A stretch of DNA of 64,000 nucleotides from Diplonema japonicum (Eukaryota > Protista > Euglenozoa: Diplonemea): the NCBI GenBank assembly GCA_964019335.1, contig OZ025711.1, forward strand, positions 439,023 to 503,022. Direction: 5' to 3'. The notes below the pieces were generated by a model. That model saw only the letters and a list, made by a program, of their open reading frames with translations. It was not told where the DNA came from and did no database searches. Positions within the stretch are counted from its first letter, which is position 1; each line of letters begins with the position of its first letter. Positions 22,496 through 34,097 of the stretch are shown here, piece by piece. Both the position numbers and the translations under genes were made by a program.

Positions 22496-23965
22496 TCAAT
22501 ACGATCGTGTGACGCTGCGGTAGGACCGTCCCTGCCTCCGTCCGGTCTCAACAACCGCGGTGTGGAATTCAACCTGGATGGAAGGGACACGTGGAGAGTT
22601 GACGGAGACCTCAAGGGTGACGAAAGAGCGGTCCCCCTCCCACGGCTCGTACTCATGCCGAAGCGTATACCCCTTCACAAAATCTTCATCAGCACATAAT
22701 GTAAAAGCCCCGGGACTCGCTGTAATAACACCCGTTGTGATACATCTAATGAGAGACTTCGTTTTTTTACAGTGAATCTCCGAAGATGCAGCCATTGACC
22801 CTGAGCATATCAAAATAGCTTCTCGTGACCCGTTATCCTTCCAATCGAAAAGCAACTCAAGCAGCCACGCAATGTCGGCTTCCCACTCGCCAACCATTTC
22901 TGAGTCCAGAAGCGGAGTATCAATGCACACCACTAGATTGCAGAGGCCACTCGTTTCAAGCACTTCCGAAAGATCGGATTTCACACTCCGGGATAGCCCG
23001 TTCTTAGGAGAAAACTCTATTTTGTACACACCATGCATACCCATGTCTATAAAGCTTTGATGTTGGCCTTGGTACATCTCAGAGACGTTGCAATGGCTAC
23101 GAGTGCGCTGCTCATCCCCCGACATTAGCATTGTGTTCGCACACCCAGCAAGGGCGGCAGCCTTGTCGGGTTTTGACCACGACTCTCTGTACCGCACCCT
23201 GAGGGGCTCCAGGGTCAGATCCGGGTTTTTCGAGTTTTTTTGAAGATTTTTCGGTAAAGGTTGTGTTTTGCTTCCCATGTGGACCACAATGTCCAGGCAC
23301 TGCTCGTCGACCAACCTTGCTAGCTTGACCCAAGGGTTCACATCGTCGTCAGCTATACTGTCATCGTCCCCATTCACAACCGCCACACGGAACTTATCAA
23401 AGTTCATCTTCAACGGTAGGGTTTTCACAAAAGCGGCCGCCGTTGTGTCCTTGTCGATGTTTTCCACAGAGATTTCGTATTCCGTGTCCGGGCACAGCCC
23501 TGTGATGAGAAGCGATCTTGGTGTTTTGGCTTTTAAATGCGCGCTTTTCCGGATACACGCCACCCCAACACGTTTTGTGGTTGCCACACACGTCACGCCT
23601 GCATCGATGTCGACCTCTAACATCACAGTGACTGTGTTTTCCGTCACCTCTTGGATCACGGGGCCTGTTAGCAGGAGAGCGTCGGTGTTCTGCGGGTTGA
23701 AAATCGAGACTGTGGAATGCCTGCTCGGGATGTGCATTGCGGTCGGGTGCGCAGAGATGTTTCGTTGAGTGGGTGTGAAGGCCGTAGTGGTGGTGGTGCC
23801 CCCTCTCACCGGGGTTAGGTTCGGGTTATTCATAACCGGTACCGCTGGCGAGACGTATCCAGTCCATTTTGGCGTGCCCAGCCTGTCTTCTAGCTGGCTT
23901 ACTTTTACATTGCTTTCTTCCAGCAGCCTAATGAGCTCGTCCCTTCCCAAGTCATGGAAGGTCAT
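22496..23965 (-). CDS. PhoD-like metallophosphoesterase homolog, probably catalytically degenerate
   Basis: GPVIQEVTENTVTVMLEVD and an FN3-like ITGLCPDTEYEI segment precede RVAVVNGD, DIVVHMGS and RVRYRESWSKP, as in PhoD-like proteins. The GD and DDHE-type ligand motifs are not visible. Confidence 0.55.
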   Translation of the reverse strand: MTFHDLGRDELIRLLEESNVKVSQLEDRLGTPKWTGYVSPAVPVMNNPNLTPVRGGTTTTTAFTPTQRNISAHPTAMHIPSRHSTVSIFNPQNTDALLLTGPVIQEVTENTVTVMLEVDIDAGVTCVATTKRVGVACIRKSAHLKAKTPRSLLITGLCPDTEYEISVENIDKDTTAAAFVKTLPLKMNFDKFRVAVVNGDDDSIADDDVNPWVKLARLVDEQCLDIVVHMGSKTQPLPKNLQKNSKNPDLTLEPLRVRYRESWSKPDKAAALAGCANTMLMSGDEQRTRSHCNVSEMYQGQHQSFIDMGMHGVYKIEFSPKNGLSRSVKSDLSEVLETSGLCNLVVCIDTPLLDSEMVGEWEADIAWLLELLFDWKDNGSREAILICSGSMAASSEIHCKKTKSLIRCITTGVITASPGAFTLCADEDFVKGYTLRHEYEPWEGDRSFVTLEVSVNSPRVPSIQVEFHTAVVETGRRQGRSYRSVTRSY

Positions 23966-24083
23966 GTGTATTGTGGTCCCTGTTATGGTGTTTGTGTTGT
24001 GAAGGTGGGGGGGGGGGGGGGGGGGGGGGGGGGGTTCATAATTGAGACCACTTATCCTTCATTTTTTTTTTATGATATTGTTC

Positions 24084-24509
24084 TTATGCGGACACAACGC
24101 AGGCGCCACCGGCCTCCTTCAGCTTCTTCTCGGCGATGCGGGAGATGAACCTGGCCTTGACGATGATGGGGCGGGACACGAAACCCTTGCCCAACAGCTT
24201 GAACACACCCTTGTTGGTGAGGTCCACAACAGGGACCTTGGTGGAGGCAGCGTCAGCCTCAGGGATCATGTTGGTGAGCTGCGACACGTTGCAGGTGGGC
24301 TTGTGCACGGGGTTCCTCTTGAAGTGGAAGTGCCTCATACCAACCTTACCGAAGTACCCCGGGTGGTACTTGTCAAACCAGATGCGGTGGTGGTGCTGAC
24401 CACCGGCGTTACCACGGCCGGAGGGATGCTTCCTGTGCTTACCAACACGACCGTGACCCGCGCTCACGTGTCCCCTCTTCTTACGGTTCTTGCGAAGGGC
24501 GGTGGTCAT
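24084..24509 (-). CDS. RPL27A: 60S ribosomal protein L27a (uL15), copy 1
   Basis: [31 protein letters not shown]...[18 protein letters not shown]. Confidence 0.97.
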   Translation of the reverse strand: MTTALRKNRKKRGHVSAGHGRVGKHRKHPSGRGNAGGQHHHRIWFDKYHPGYFGKVGMRHFHFKRNPVHKPTCNVSQLTNMIPEADAASTKVPVVDLTNKGVFKLLGKGFVSRPIIVKARFISRIAEKKLKEAGGACVVSA

Positions 24510-24768
24510 TTTTGAATTCCTGGTGTGGTTTTACTTTTTTTTATTACCCCCTTTTTTTTTTCAAAGATTCGCCTCCATCAGATCCAAAACACTTACTTTC
24601 AAGAAAGAAGGGAGAAAAAAAAGGTGGGGGGGGGACTGATTTGTCTTTCTGGAAGCAGCTCGCCAACACTTTACGGAAAAACTGAAAAGAAAAAGAAAAA
24701 TATGAAAGGAGGTGATGATGGTTGCTCTGTGCAGGGGGGCATAAGAAGAAACACACACGGTTGGGTTC

Positions 24769-25194
24769 TTATGCGGACACAACGCAGGCGCCACCGGCCT
24801 CCTTCAGCTTCTTCTCGGCGATGCGGGAGATGAACCTGGCCTTGACGATGATGGGGCGGGACACGAAACCCTTGCCCAACAGCTTGAACACACCCTTGTT
24901 GGTGAGGTCCACAACAGGGACCTTGGTGGAGGCAGCGTCAGCCTCAGGGATCATGTTGGTGAGCTGCGACACGTTGCAGGTGGGCTTGTGCACGGGGTTC
25001 CTCTTGAAGTGGAAGTGCCTCATACCAACCTTACCGAAGTACCCCGGGTGGTACTTGTCAAACCAGATGCGGTGGTGGTGCTGACCACCGGCGTTACCAC
25101 GGCCGGAGGGATGCTTCCTGTGCTTACCAACACGACCGTGACCCGCGCTCACGTGTCCCCTCTTCTTACGGTTCTTGCGAAGGGCGGTGGTCAT
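24769..25194 (-). CDS. RPL27A: 60S ribosomal protein L27a (uL15), copy 2
   Basis: CDS appears identical to 24084-24509. ATG at 25194. Confidence 0.97.
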   Translation of the reverse strand: MTTALRKNRKKRGHVSAGHGRVGKHRKHPSGRGNAGGQHHHRIWFDKYHPGYFGKVGMRHFHFKRNPVHKPTCNVSQLTNMIPEADAASTKVPVVDLTNKGVFKLLGKGFVSRPIIVKARFISRIAEKKLKEAGGACVVSA

Positions 25195-26006
25195 TTTTTC
25201 TTGAATTCTTGATGTGGAATAAAATGTAAAGAGGAAATTCAAAAAAAAAAAAAAATCAAGAGGAAGCAGAAGAAAAAAAAAAAAGAAAAATCACGGAAGG
25301 GCGAACAGAGGTCAGAGAAGAAAAAGGGTGGTTGGTATTTGGTGGTGGTGACAACCAGGGTTACAAGTGAGAGAGAAGCAACACGTCGGGCAGAAAGGGA
25401 ATCAGAGAAAGAAAAAAAAAAGAATGAATGTGGGTGGAATTGTGTTTTTCTTTTTATATAAAAAAAGGGGGGTGTTGTTGTATTTGGGGAAAGAACGACG
25501 GGGGTGCAAGGCGCCTGGATTCAAAAAAAAGGGGGGGGGAGGAGAGGGGTTTCATGTTCAAATTCAATTCTCTCACTTCTCTTCCCCCCCCCCCCAAAAG
25601 AGAAAGGTTTGTCTGTTCTTTTTCTTTTTTTCTTTCTTTCTTCTATCCATTTAGTTTTCTCTTCTCCCTCCCCTCATTTTTTTTTCTCTTTTTTTTTCCT
25701 CTTCATTTTCGTCTCCCAATAACATAAAAGGAATAGGGGAGTAAAAAAAAAATCTTAAAAATTTAACAAAAAAAAAAAGGGGAGTAAAAAAAAAAAAAAA
25801 AACACTGAAAACTTTATTTTTTTCAAAAAATAAACATTAAAAAAAGAAGGGGAAAAAAAAAGGTTAGGAAGGGAAGGTTATACATCTCTCTTTTTTTTTT
25901 CATTCTCTTTTTTTTCTTTTTTTTTTTTTTACAATACACACACGAAAAAGGAAAAAAAAATTGGATTTCAAAAAAAAAAAAAATAACACACTCTTATACT
26001 ACTACC

Positions 26007-26037
<31 letters not shown>

Positions 26038-26068
26038 CCTCCATCCCAAAAAAAAAAAAAAAAAAAAA

Positions 26069-29000
26069 TCAAGCCTTCATTGCAAACCCACCAACTTTTT
26101 CAAAGAACTTCTTGGTCGCCTCCCTGACATGCTCTGAAGGGGAATTTATCAACTCCAGCATTCTTGGATAATATGACGGCAGCATGTCTGAGAACACTTC
26201 AGAAGGTAACTCAACTAAACAGCTAATTGCCTTTATTACAATCCACTGCCACCTGGGGGCTGGCCGTATAATGACATCTGAGACAAGCCGTAGCATAATG
26301 GGAAGGACAAGCTCTGCGTGCTGTGTGGCATATAACGCAGAAAGGCAGTCAAGGTGATGATTAAGCGCTTTCTCCTCACATTTGTTCGCGAGGGGCTGTT
26401 CAAGACCGGATGGCTGGCCTTCAGGAAGCAGCGGAGAAGTATGCGTCATTTCCAAACAAGAAAGCATTGCAAGGACAGTATCCTTGTCCCACTGAACTGC
26501 CAATGTTTTGATCAGCCTAGACTGCATATCGAGTAAATCAAGCAAGGCTCTGTAATGACTTTGAACAGTAGCACTTGGTATAGGCTCCCGCCGTGTGGTA
26601 ACATCATCTATTTTCTTGATCTCCTCCGCAGTTGCCTCACGCTTCCCAAGCATTTTTGCTTCAAAAACACCCACGAGTTTTGCGGTTACAACGCTCCATT
26701 CGGGGGCTGTGAAGAAATCTGATTCGAGAACTTCTTTCTCCATGCCTCGGAAGGTTTTACCTTCCTCCACCCCGTGCACCGCACCACGCCCGCCTTCAAT
26801 AGCAGTTATATCGCAATGATCAGACAGCAAGTCGATAAACGCGGTCATACCCTGCGACACAATGTTCAAAGGAACGGGTTTCTTCAAGCAGCTTAAAACA
26901 ATGTTCAAAACCTCGCCGAGAAGCTGCCGCAGCGTCGGGTAGAAGGTGGCGAACAAATCGACGAGAAACGTCAGCCCTGCTTGGATCACACTGGTGTTCT
27001 TCTCCACGTCTGCTGGGTCCGACTGTTCCTGTATCACAATAGACAGGGCAAGATCGCACAATGCATTGTCGAATATTGGAAATACAGCCCCTGACAGCAT
27101 GATCTTCCACATGCCAGGGGTAAATTTTGAACCGTGGGTTTTCAACACCTCGAACAATGTTGACAAAGACGCCAAACGAACGTTGAGGTCGGGGTGTTGC
27201 GATGCTCCCGTCGACAGCCCCAACACGGGGAACCACACGCGAAGCTGGGCACGGTCCTCCGGGCTTTCCATGTCCGCTTCCTTGATCTCGGTGTCTAGTT
27301 CTGAACCCACCTCGTCGGCGTACCGTTGCAAATATTTAACGGATTGATGTGCGGTTGATGGTGACAGTGTGTTGCAAGTGAATGATGTGAGGCAGTTGAC
27401 CGCGTCAACAAATGCATCAGCACCGACAACAAGGCTTGACAGGTTTGTCGTAACATGGTTGACAGCCTCGAATGCGAGAACTACAATTTGTTCGTCTTTG
27501 TCGGCGGCGGCGAGAGCGAGCACCGCGAAGATTGTTTTCCAGCCGGATTTCACGTTGTCCGCCTTCCCGTGAACAATCTGCGAGATGCACCTGACAATGA
27601 GCTCCCGGATCTCGATGGACCTCGACTCCTGGAATATCGTCTCGAACGGTTTTAAAAAATCTCGTTGGAAGTGGTAGTTCGTCAGTTCCCGCTTCTCAAG
27701 AAATTTAGTCGAGAGCTGTCTCAACGAGTCTATACCGAACATTGAAACGCTGAGTTGTGGGTTCGTCCCGACACGGACGAAATGCTTCGCCATGTGCGAC
27801 CAGAGTTGGCCCCATACATATCTAATCCTCGACATGTTTACATCAGCGATCTCGATTAGCTTTTGAAGCGAAAACATTCGGGGAGGGTTTGACTGTTCAA
27901 TTTCTTCTGCGGAGACCTCGCACAGGTGCTTCACGAAGAACACGATGGCTTCGCTTGACAAATCTACCGTTGAGTTGTAAATACGTGAGATTTGAACTTC
28001 ATCGATGTGGTTCGCGATGAGCAAAGAATTCACTTGTTCGAAATGCCTGATTTTTTCTTTTTCTGTGTCGAGTTTTGCTTCTTGAGGAGTGGCTCTTTTG
28101 TGGTGTTTCGCGCCGCTGTTTTCGTTCAAAAACGCAAAATCTGGTTTCGCTCCGGATCCCAACAACTGCAACCGTTCCAACTGTGAAAAGCACTTTAACG
28201 CTGCGAACCATGATGATCTCAAGTATGCGCCCTCCGTCGACGCGATCTCGATGACAGCCTTTATCGATTTGATGTTCTTCTCCTCGATCTCTCTGTAATT
28301 GTTCAAAAACGTGAGCTTGCACAACGCAGAAACGAAAGCATCGCGTTCCGTATCGAGGTAGAAGATGCAGCTGATGTGGATGCCCTTGGTGAAACCTTCC
28401 AAACAGAGGTCAGTGATGCTCTGCTGATCTGTGTCGCACTGCTCCAGGATGACTGAGAACGCAGGGAGCATGGCAGTCCATGCCGATTCAAACATTGGTT
28501 TTGCGTGTTCTAATTTCGATGCTTTCATGAACGACTGTCCCTTAGTTCCGGAAATCAATGCCTTGCTCTTTTCAAGGATCGCTCTGGACTCCTCGGCGTA
28601 GTTTAACATCCGTTTTTTCCCGTCGCTTGAGAAAACGTCGGCCATGCTGTCGAAAACACCGGTTTTTTTTGATTTCATTGCAGCTTCCTTGGTCTGGCTT
28701 GAAGCTGGTTCCTCTCCTTCCAGTGTAAACTCTCTCGCGGTGACCCTGTCGTAGATGTCGGACAGAAACGAAGACGGGAGATCCTTCCCGCTGTCGATAG
28801 ATCGATTGTTTTGTATAAAACCTTCTTTGTTCATTTTGTCCTTCTTCTCAATTCTGGTCGAGTGTGCGTCGGTGTGGAGCATAATGATCGAGAAAGATAG
28901 GACGTAGACGGTGTCGGCGTTGGGGAACGTGCTTTGATTTGCTCTTGTGTAGCATTCTGCGAATTTCTCCATGGTTGCATCGATGACCTCGGCCTCGCCT

Positions 29001-30988
29001 TGAATTCGGAATTTCGAAAGGAAGAGCCTCACCGCTTCGTCAATATGCATCCCCGAGAAGTCGAAAGTTTCAACGAAATCGCTTAAAACAGATTGTTGAA
29101 ACTCACGCAGAACGCCTAAATACTCACCGATAGCGTCCTTCGACAGCCCGGGTTGTTCCAACAAAAATTTCGCGACGGATAACGGTTCCTTCTCGAGGAT
29201 CTCCGCATCCCAAAAGGCTTGAACGCCTTTCTTGGCGGACTTGTTGAACAGTTTGACGTAAGCCTGCACCTCTTTTTTGTGCGCTCTTGCTTTTTCAATG
29301 TCGGTTTCAACGTTGGAAACGGATCCAGACTGGCTCTCGTGGTCCGCGGCATCGGGGTTTTCCACATCGTCGTTGTTGGGGTGTTGCGACTCTGTCCCAC
29401 CGTTGGTTACAACTTCAGCCTCGAATTTCTCGGTCCATTCCACTATGGAACGGAGGATCATAACGAGGGCTTTCAAAGCAAGCAGCCTCATATCTTGGTC
29501 TTGCTTGACAGATTCAACATGCGTTCCGGGGTTGCGGGGTTGGAGCATTCTTGACAAATGGTTCGTCATGACTTCAAAGATATTGATATCGCTGTCCATG
29601 TCACAGTCGTAGTTGATAAACACATCGAGGATTGTCTGCGGGTTCTCGCAGATTTTGTATATAACTTGAACGACAAGCATTTTCTGTTGGTACGTGCTGT
29701 TCGCGGAGTCGAGGATGGCGAAGAACACGTTTTTGAAGAAAACACCGATCTCCCGTTTCAGGTGATCCTTGAAGTTCGTGATCAACGCGAGAAACAGTTT
29801 GAGCGAGATCCTGAACACCGGAAGATGCGGGCTGACACAGTTTTGCAACAACGACAGGCAAAGCTTCTTTTTGACGGCTTGCAAGAACCGTTCAGACGTC
29901 CGGAACACTGGTCCTGCTTTGGATAAAATGGTGAGGAGAAGCTCCAGGCTCAACATTTTCGATTTCATTTCAAGCGCTTCTTCGGACGCGCTGTCGGGGA
30001 GAGATTTGTCTGACAATTTACAGAAATTCCAGAATAGCAAAAAGGCATCTCGGTGGAGGTGGTTCTGAAACACCATTTTCTCAGTGTCTATGTCGGTTTC
30101 CGCGATCATCTTCTCACCCAGCCCAGGTGTGCCCGGTGCGATACTGGAACTACGGGATATACTTTGGGACGAGTCGGACTTTTTAATTTTGATGGCGATC
30201 CGCTCGGCCAGAGCCCTGTCAAAGTCGAACTCCTGTTCGTTCATAGAGTTATCAACCATGACTTCGACTAGCTCGTGCAGCCACACAGACGGTGGAACGA
30301 TATCCTCCTCCTTTTCAGAAACGCTTGTGGCGATCGAGGCATTGCTGACCTCGGCAACTCCACTGCTCTCCATTCTCTGGTACACAATATTGATCATATG
30401 ATTCAAAGCTGCCTTCGCCGTCTGATTTGTAATATTATATGACACCAGGTAGATGTTGTAGGTGTTCCTGACTGCCATGACTAGTGTCGACCCGTGTACA
30501 CCGCAAGCTGGAGTTGACACCGCTGTCAGCAAAGCTTTGATTATTTGAAGCTGCACACCATCGTGAGTAAACGATGAGTTCGCGCATATCACAACTACAA
30601 CGTGGTGGATGAATTGTTTTTCATGTTCCTTCTCAGTCTGTCCCCATGTTTTGGGCGCTTCCATCCATTTTGCGTTTCCATCCAGCTTCGGTGTTACCCA
30701 CCTCATATCACCGCTTATGAAGGAGTACTCCATGAGCTTCTGCAGGCAGTCCAACGACAGCTCGATCATTTTGCTTGCTTTCGATTCCGCGGCAAGGCGA
30801 AGGGGCACAAAGCACAGCGACATTACGGCAGCCGGGCTCCCTTGGGTGTCCTTCTTCAAGTATTCCATCACATATTGGCAGCTCTCCTTCACCATGCTCC
30901 ATTTTTTCTGGCTCGCGCAGAGCTGCGAGATCTTTTCCAGTGCCCTCGATACGAACATATTCCGCCTCTCGAGGTCATCGGAAGCCAT
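26069..30988 (-). CDS. Large Sec7-domain ARF guanine-nucleotide exchange factor (BIG/Sec7 family)
   Basis: DCB/HUS region (SKMLSLELL, FINYDCD), Sec7 catalytic FRIQGEAEVID, LSFSIIMLHTDAH, HDS region RMFSLQKLIEIA, IDSLRQLSTKFLEK, KSGWKTIF. Single exon. Confidence 0.95.
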   Translation of the reverse strand: MASDDLERRNMFVSRALEKISQLCASQKKWSMVKESCQYVMEYLKKDTQGSPAAVMSLCFVPLRLAAESKASKMIELSLDCLQKLMEYSFISGDMRWVTPKLDGNAKWMEAPKTWGQTEKEHEKQFIHHVVVVICANSSFTHDGVQLQIIKALLTAVSTPACGVHGSTLVMAVRNTYNIYLVSYNITNQTAKAALNHMINIVYQRMESSGVAEVSNASIATSVSEKEEDIVPPSVWLHELVEVMVDNSMNEQEFDFDRALAERIAIKIKKSDSSQSISRSSSIAPGTPGLGEKMIAETDIDTEKMVFQNHLHRDAFLLFWNFCKLSDKSLPDSASEEALEMKSKMLSLELLLTILSKAGPVFRTSERFLQAVKKKLCLSLLQNCVSPHLPVFRISLKLFLALITNFKDHLKREIGVFFKNVFFAILDSANSTYQQKMLVVQVIYKICENPQTILDVFINYDCDMDSDINIFEVMTNHLSRMLQPRNPGTHVESVKQDQDMRLLALKALVMILRSIVEWTEKFEAEVVTNGGTESQHPNNDDVENPDAADHESQSGSVSNVETDIEKARAHKKEVQAYVKLFNKSAKKGVQAFWDAEILEKEPLSVAKFLLEQPGLSKDAIGEYLGVLREFQQSVLSDFVETFDFSGMHIDEAVRLFLSKFRIQGEAEVIDATMEKFAECYTRANQSTFPNADTVYVLSFSIIMLHTDAHSTRIEKKDKMNKEGFIQNNRSIDSGKDLPSSFLSDIYDRVTAREFTLEGEEPASSQTKEAAMKSKKTGVFDSMADVFSSDGKKRMLNYAEESRAILEKSKALISGTKGQSFMKASKLEHAKPMFESAWTAMLPAFSVILEQCDTDQQSITDLCLEGFTKGIHISCIFYLDTERDAFVSALCKLTFLNNYREIEEKNIKSIKAVIEIASTEGAYLRSSWFAALKCFSQLERLQLLGSGAKPDFAFLNENSGAKHHKRATPQEAKLDTEKEKIRHFEQVNSLLIANHIDEVQISRIYNSTVDLSSEAIVFFVKHLCEVSAEEIEQSNPPRMFSLQKLIEIADVNMSRIRYVWGQLWSHMAKHFVRVGTNPQLSVSMFGIDSLRQLSTKFLEKRELTNYHFQRDFLKPFETIFQESRSIEIRELIVRCISQIVHGKADNVKSGWKTIFAVLALAAADKDEQIVVLAFEAVNHVTTNLSSLVVGADAFVDAVNCLTSFTCNTLSPSTAHQSVKYLQRYADEVGSELDTEIKEADMESPEDRAQLRVWFPVLGLSTGASQHPDLNVRLASLSTLFEVLKTHGSKFTPGMWKIMLSGAVFPIFDNALCDLALSIVIQEQSDPADVEKNTSVIQAGLTFLVDLFATFYPTLRQLLGEVLNIVLSCLKKPVPLNIVSQGMTAFIDLLSDHCDITAIEGGRGAVHGVEEGKTFRGMEKEVLESDFFTAPEWSVVTAKLVGVFEAKMLGKREATAEEIKKIDDVTTRREPIPSATVQSHYRALLDLLDMQSRLIKTLAVQWDKDTVLAMLSCLEMTHTSPLLPEGQPSGLEQPLANKCEEKALNHHLDCLSALYATQHAELVLPIMLRLVSDVIIRPAPRWQWIVIKAISCLVELPSEVFSDMLPSYYPRMLELINSPSEHVREATKKFFEKVGGFAMKA

Positions 30989-31123
30989 CTCTCTCTCTCT
31001 CTCCCCTCCACCTACCTACCCCGGATGGTGATTGGGTTGTGTGCATAAACAATAATTGGAATAATTTTTTGAATTCTTGTGATCAAGTAAAAAAGATTAT
31101 ACGATTCACTCTCTCCCTTCCGC

Positions 31124-32428
31124 TTAGGCGGAGTTCTGGATGTCCTTCTTCCTGGTGCCCATGAACTTGGCACGCTCGGCCTGGGTCTGGAAGTGACCGT
31201 GACCCTGCTTGGAGCTGGTGTCGATGAACTTAAGGTTCACCTGCTCCTGAGCGGCCCTGCTGGTCTGAGGGGCGAGAGGGCGACGGAGAGTCAGAACACG
31301 CTTGACAGGCCCCGGAACGGAACCCTGTTGAAGTGATTACAGTGTGGAAAGAGAAACAAAGAAAGAAAACAAAGAAAAAAAAGAAATCTGCGTACCTTGA
31401 GCATGACGTACTCGTTGTTGACGACACCGTAGTGGGGGAAGCCGCCCAGAGGGGTGATGTGCTTCTCGGTGATGTCCATGGAGGTGGTGGCGTTACCCTT
31501 CTCGCACTTGGCAGCGGCCTCACCCATTTTGTAGATCTTCTTGTTGAGCTCAGTCCTGTGGTGGAACCCGTTCTGACCGGCACGGGCCACCGTGTAGGCC
31601 ACACGGGACGGATGCCAGGCACCGATACAGGCGACCTTCCTCAGACCTCTGTGGGACTTCCTGGGCAGACGGGACACACCCCACCTGTGGGTCACACCCT
31701 CCATACCGTGACCCTTGCTGACGGCGATGACGTCGCACCTCTCGGACTCCTTGAACACCTGGCCAACGGTCACCTGCTGCTCGAGGAGGCCCTGGGCGAA
31801 CTTCAGCTTGTCGGCCATGGACCCACCGTTGATCTGGATCTCAGCGACGTAGGCCTTCTTGCTGCCGAGCTTCAGCTTGTTGGGCTGAGTGTGGGCGAGC
31901 ACCCTCAGGACGGTGGCGTTCTTCTCAATGCGGCTGTACATGGTCTCCCTGGCCTCCTTGTTCTCCTCGAACTTGGAGGTGTACTTGGTGAAGGCCTTCT
32001 TCTTGGCGGCGTACCAAGATTTGTAGTACCTCCTCAGCATGCTGTCGGAGAGCTTCTGGGCCCACAGAGTGGACACGGCCCTGAGACCCCTGGCGGTGGG
32101 CTTGTACCCAACGATACCCACAACAACCATCTCGGGGCAGTCCACAATGGTCACGGGCTCGCAGACCTCCTTCTTGTGCATCTTGGACCCGGCACGGTCA
32201 AGGTCACGAACAATGTGGGTCATACCCGCCTTGTACGCCCTGTTTTGATTTTATTTCCTCAATTTTTTTTTTTTCCTCTTTTACATACATGAACGCGGTC
32301 AGGTGGGGAGCCTGGGTGGCGTCGTCCACAGGGAAGGACCTGACACGGCCCCTCACGTGACGGCACCTCTTACGGGGAAGGTAACCCAAATGCCCGTGAC
32401 GGGGCTGCTCGAACTTACGGTGAGACAT
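31124..32428 (-). CDS. RPL3: 60S ribosomal protein L3 (uL3), three exons
   Basis: [21 protein letters not shown].. with introns 32240-32288 (GTATGT..CAG) and 31325-31395 (GTACGC..CAG). Splicing restores [11 protein letters not shown] and [18 protein letters not shown]. Stop TAA at 31124-31126. Confidence 0.97.
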
Positions 32429-32535
32429 GTTTTGGAGAAGAGATGAGAACTGCAGAAAAAGTTTTAGGGGCCCCCCACGTTCGACAAAAAAAAAAACTTG
32501 TATTCAAACTCAAATTAATATTTTCTTTCTTTCTT

Positions 32536-32564
<29 letters not shown>

Positions 32565-32569
<5 letters not shown>

Positions 32570-33419
32570 GCGGGGAAATCTTGGGACATTCAGGGTTAGT
32601 GATACGCATCCCGGATTTGGCAAGCTCGCGTTCCGCTTCGGGGTCGATGCGTTGCGCTTTCAACTCTTTGATGAAGGTGACGACGGGTGGGTACCCAGTG
32701 ATGTTCCGAATGGTGAACTCTGCCCACTCCCGCAGCCCCGAGTTCTCCTCGTCGACCTTGGTGGCGGAGAGAATGGACGGGACGAAGCCCTGCTCCAAAA
32801 AGGAGGCCGTAGTGCTGTTGTTCTCGTAGGTGACATTTGCAACGCACCTCATAATGCACGTTTTGTAGCCCTCACCATACCGCAACAGCTCGACCTCCCG
32901 AGGTATGGTGTACATTGCAACAAGGGTGCTGAGGACGCCTTCTTCAAGGAGAAAATCTTGAAGTTTTTGAGTGGTCTGCGAATCGCAGCAAACTGCCAAA
33001 GCTTCAGCGATAATTGTGAATGCGTAATGGACAGCTTCTGCATCGTTCACTTCTTGAGAAGTACACGGAAGGGGCGGCACTACTGACGAACTGTGATAAT
33101 GCGAGTTTTTCTCGTGTATCACCGCAAGTACCTTCCCGCAAAACTGGCACATCATTTTGAGTACTTTTGTTTTGAACGCGCTGCGCAGTTCTGCGGTGGG
33201 GGAGGCGTGGCGTACCACACCTTCCCAGTCCTCTTGTGCAGCTTTGTGCCGATCGTTCATTTCCAGTGCTGCTATTTTCAAAGGGTCGTACTGCTGTGCA
33301 TGGGTTTGCAGGCTGTCCATGTGGATCGCAATCGTCTGCAGTGTTGCTGCCTCGTTCACCAGCGGACCCCTCGTTTGCTCCCACTTCGCGTCTCGTTCAC
33401 TCATCCAGTCGTCAGCCAT
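32565..33419 (-). CDS. Ataxin-10 domain (ARM-like) protein
   Basis: C-terminal GYKTCIMRCVANVTY..ILSATKVDEENSGLREWAEFTIRNIT matches the ataxin-10 family signature. Confidence 0.8.
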
Positions 33420-34097
33420 TTTTTTTTTCTTTTTTTTTTTTTTTTTTTTTCCCCTAGAAGAATAAAAAAGTAAAAATGTAAAAAAAAATAAATAAAAATA
33501 TCATGCCACATGTCTTTTTTCTGTTTTTTTTTTTTTGGGCTTGCTGCTTCACATATGGGGGAGGGGGAAAAAAATAGCAAGCACCTACAAGAATATAAAA
33601 AAATAATAAATAAAGGGGATATAATAAAATTTAACGTCGCGTTTTTTTTTTTTCTTTTTTTTTTTTTTTTCTTTTTTTTTTTCTAGGAAACGGAGGACGG
33701 GAGAGAGAGAGAAATGGTATTTTTCTCTTCTTTTTTCTCTCTCTTTTTTTTTCCCACAAACCGGCGGGTCGTTGGCCGAAAAAAGAAGAAAAAAAAATTA
33801 AAGAAAAAAAAAACCCCCCACCGTACGGGGGGGAGGGAAGATTAAAAAAAAAAAAATACTTATGACTATGTCTTTGTTGTACGCACGAGCAGGGGGGGGG
33901 GGGGGGGTGGATCTGCGAAAGTTCTTTTTTTTTTTTCCCCTCTTTTTTTTTTTTTTCTTTTTTGCTCGGCACACGTCGCATATAGTTATAAAAAATTTTT
34001 TTTTGTAACAAAAAAAAAAAATTCAGCGCTCTCGGAAATTCCTGTCGCTTGAACCAAAAGTTGGGGGAGGGGGGGAGGGGATTTTTCTTCTCATCTT

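Noticed and set aside
31333-32292. 319-aa plus-strand ORF, and similar ones at 53632-54444 and 24042-24515
   Set aside because: Antisense shadows of strongly codon-biased genes (RPL3, GILT, RPL27A).
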